From the NCBI GenBank assembly GCA_965205675.1, contig OZ242186.1:1947362-2011361 (forward strand): a stretch of 64,000 bases of DNA, in the 5' to 3' direction. Shown in pieces: positions 60,910-64,000 of the stretch; position 1 is the stretch's first letter, and each line of letters begins with the position of its first letter. The position numbers and the translations under genes were made by a program. The stretch comes from Nitrosopumilus sp. GTDB taxonomy: Archaea; Thermoproteota; Nitrososphaeria; Nitrososphaerales; Nitrosopumilaceae. Below the pieces are notes generated by a model. It had not been told where the DNA came from. It saw nothing but the letters and a program-made list of their open reading frames with translations, and searched no databases.

Positions 60910-61926
60910 CTATACAGATTTAGGTTTAGATATTTTACTCAGGGCTAATTTGACTAAAAGTAACCACGTAATTACTATTGGAACATAATATGTTGCAATT
61001 CTCCAACCAATTACTGCATCCCAAGCTACAATTCCCTCACTTATACTAAAGTCAAATGGATTAAGATTGTTAAGATATGCTATAATTCCAAATTCAGCTA
61101 AACCTGAACCGCCTATGGTAATTGGCAAGTTACCAATTGCATTTGCACCCATAACTGCCATGATTGAATCAAATACACTAATCACATATTCAGTTCCCAT
61201 TGCTATGATCATAAACGATATTCCATAAAATGCCCAAGAAACAAATGAGATTAGAAAAGATACTGTAAAAATTTTCTTGGATTCAGGTGTATGTATATTT
61301 TCTCTAATCATAGTACATGTTTCCTCCATCCAAGAATTAGTTTGATTAATAATTTTGATGCCTTTTTCTTTTCCTAATTTTTTAATGAGATTTGCAAGTG
61401 AATTTGGTATCTGAAATGTATGTTTAGAAGACAAGAAAAACATTACCATCCACAAAGATGTTATTACAATACTAGTAGCTAAAATAACTATTCCAACAAC
61501 ATATGCTCCATTCAATAACGCAATTATTCCAGCCATTATAGACAAAAGACCTGCTGCAAGTACTTCAGTTACAATATCCATAAGTGCGATCCATGTAGCC
61601 TTTGAAAGTTTTATACCTTTTTTCTTCAAATAATAAATTACAATAAATTCAGCTCCAATAAACATTGGAGTTGTAAATTTGATAAATTCACTACCAACTC
61701 TAACACCAACTAATTTGAAAAATGAATCAGTATTACCAAGATATTTTCTTGTTATATATGCAAACTTTATTCCTTGTAATCCAAGCTTTATCATCATTGC
61801 AATAATTGCACCAACAAATGGAAATAATCCAATAGCTAAAACATCTTCAATTTGAACATCAAATTGAATGACAATGATAAAAATAGGGATTAAGGTAATA
61901 GGGATAGCTACTAGTCTCCAGTTCAT
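60910..61926 (-). CDS. UPF0104 / lysylphosphatidylglycerol synthase TM (flippase-like)
   Basis: TPMFIGAE, PITIGGSGLAE, WRIATYY, multi-TM. Confidence 0.85.
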   Translation of the reverse strand: MNWRLVAIPITLIPIFIIVIQFDVQIEDVLAIGLFPFVGAIIAMMIKLGLQGIKFAYITRKYLGNTDSFFKLVGVRVGSEFIKFTTPMFIGAEFIVIYYLKKKGIKLSKATWIALMDIVTEVLAAGLLSIMAGIIALLNGAYVVGIVILATSIVITSLWMVMFFLSSKHTFQIPNSLANLIKKLGKEKGIKIINQTNSWMEETCTMIRENIHTPESKKIFTVSFLISFVSWAFYGISFMIIAMGTEYVISVFDSIMAVMGANAIGNLPITIGGSGLAEFGIIAYLNNLNPFDFSISEGIVAWDAVIGWRIATYYVPIVITWLLLVKLALSKISKPKSV

Positions 61927-62099
61927 TTAATGATTTTTTTGAGGAATCAAATATGAAAGTTGAGAAAGTTTTCAACCTGAAGAAAACTGTGCCTAGAATT
62001 AGGCATAAAAATTATGGTTAATCTTTGGGTTTAGGTTGATTTTGAAGTTCAAGCTTTATTTCTTCAAACAGTGAATCTAACATATCTCAAAATCCGAAA

Positions 62100-64000
62100 G
62101 GTTATCTTTTCCGAAAATTATTTCACCCCTTAACTAAGAAAGCATTATTCCCATATTGTCGTATACGAAGATACCATAGCATGCCTGTAGTAAAATTAGA
62201 TGATAAAAAGATAAGGTGTATGATAAAATCAAAAGATGAGAAAGTCAAGAATTCAGATATTGGTGATATCCTCAAGATAACGTCTAGAAGAGTGCAACAA
62301 GCTACACTCAGTACAAGAAGACCAAAAAGATCCCCCACACTCAAAATACCAGAACGTCCAAGAAAACCAATCACATCACAAGAGATAAGACCTCTTGCGC
62401 AATTAGACATATTTTACCATATTACACAAATTCATTCACAACAAGATCCAAAGCTAAGAACAACCTAACACATTTCATGTTAACATACAAGCAACTCTCA
62501 AAAAAGCCAAAATCCCTTCTCTCTTTTACTGGAGTGACTAGGCAACAGTTTGATGTGATTCTAAGAGACGTCAGAAAGAATCACCGTATAGAAGAAAAGA
62601 AGAGACTATCCAAAGCAAAGAGAAAAAGAAGTATCGGGGCTGGGCGAAAGTTTGATTTGAGTCTTGAAGACCAGCTTGTAATGTTGTTTGTTTACTATCG
62701 GATGTACCTGACATGCGAGTTGACAGGATATCTGTTTGGATTAGACCAGAGCAACGTCTACAGAAACATCAGATATTTAGAGCCTGCAGTAAGAAAATCA
62801 ATTCCTATTCCTGCAAAACTATACTCTGATTCTAAAAAGATAAATGATGTACAGCAACTCCAACTGTTCTTTCCTGAATTAATTGCAATGACTGATGGTA
62901 CTGAACAACCAATCCCAAGACCCCAGAACAAAAAGAAAAGACTCACTATTCAGGCAAAAAAACACACAATAAAAAACCAAATCACCATAAACCAGAAAGG
63001 TGAGATAATCCACAAACCCCCACATTCTCCAGGTAACATGATTATGCCATACTGAAAATCAGACATCCAGAACTGCCCGAAGATGTGATGATATTTTATG
63101 ACCTTGGGGTATTTGGGAGTGGAAAAAGATTTCCCAGAACAGACAAGCATTCTACCATACAAGAAAAAGAAAGGAAAAAAACTGACCATACATCAAAAGG
63201 AATGGAACAAGATGCAGTCAAGAATCCGAATAAAAGTAGAACATATTATCTCTCAAATCAAAAAGTTTAGGATTAATTCTGAGACATTTAGGAATAGATT
63301 GTGCAGGTATGATGCAATAAGTGACATCGTATGTGGAATTGTAAATTTCAAGACAAGATGGAAGCAAGAGTTTGTTGTGATTCCATAAGATTAGAAATTA
63401 TTTGAAATTAAATTCAATGAAAGATAAGATTTTGTTTGTAATTACGCAAGAGGTCTAAAGTTACATGATACCAAGATAAACCACAACCGCATTTTACAAG
63501 ATTATGTTAGATGAAGGATTATCAATCAAGCATCCAAGAAAAAAGAGGAGAAGAAAACAGATTGAATATGAGCGGGAATACTCTAATTCACTATGGTATA
63601 CTGACTGGCACACAATACATGATTCACGTTAGGAAGGAAAACAACTAATTGCATTTGATGATGCATCATGATTCATTACAGGTTATGGTGTATATGATGA
63701 GGCAACAACAGTGAACTCATCTGCAGCACTATCTGATGCAATCAAAAAGTATGGTAGGCCAGCTTCTGTACTATCTGATAATGGAAAACAGTTCACATCA
63801 GATGTAAAACTACTGGATCATAACAAGTCAATAGACTTTGAACAACAGCAGATGAGAAACCATGTAAAGCATTCACATACAAGAGTGAGACATCTACAGA
63901 CAAATGACAAGCTAGAAAAGTTCTGGGATATCTTTGAGTGTAAGATAAAATACTTTGAATCAGTGGAACAGTTTATGCATTGGTACAACCACATGATACA
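62100..64000 (+). mobile_element. IS481-family relic interrupted by IS5 copy B, running off the window (left end approximate)
   Basis: KLDDKKIR...SRRVQQ N-terminus; after the insert SNSLWYTDW, DDAS, SDNGKQF, QTNDKLEKF, with stops. Confidence 0.75.
62388..63456 (+). mobile_element. IS5-family element, frameshifted, copy B
   Basis: TIRs agacctcttgcgcaatta / taattacgcaagaggtct; TAA occurs at both junctions (TAA-gac...gtc-TAA). Confidence 0.88.

Larger units (their letters stand above)
46900..60913. mobile_element. Composite, decayed integrated island
   Basis: TGGTTTCTAT at 46900-46909 and 60904-60913; contains terminase, IS elements and unrecognised small ORFs; core-type genes on both sides. 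Confidence 0.6.

Noticed and set aside
46900-60913. Casposon or CRISPR-Cas interpretation of the island
   Set aside because: No cas1, polB, island-level TIRs or repeat-spacer array seen

Overview
AT-rich archaeal DNA whose gene set (aIF2, PriSL, AglB, CdvB/ESCRT-III, anaerobic cobalamin genes, AcnX, bacterial-type MetK) points to a Nitrosopumilus-like ammonia-oxidising archaeon (Nitrososphaerota); this assignment is inference from recognised gene families. Positions 1-46.9 kb are mostly core genome, with one tRNA-Gly(CCC), a decayed IS630, a MITE and a candidate K-turn RNA. From 46900 to 60913 lies a ~14-kb accessory island bounded by a 10-bp direct repeat. It carries an intact IS1595, a putative prokaryotic COMMD-like gene, a terminase small/large pair truncated at a MITE, an hsdM stub, nested IS relics, an active/inactive PRTase pair, and a CARF-wHTH regulator divergent from a PIN-led operon of about 11 small ORFs. 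The window ends in an IS481 relic interrupted by a dead IS5-family element. All protein calls come from reading motifs by eye; no database search was run.
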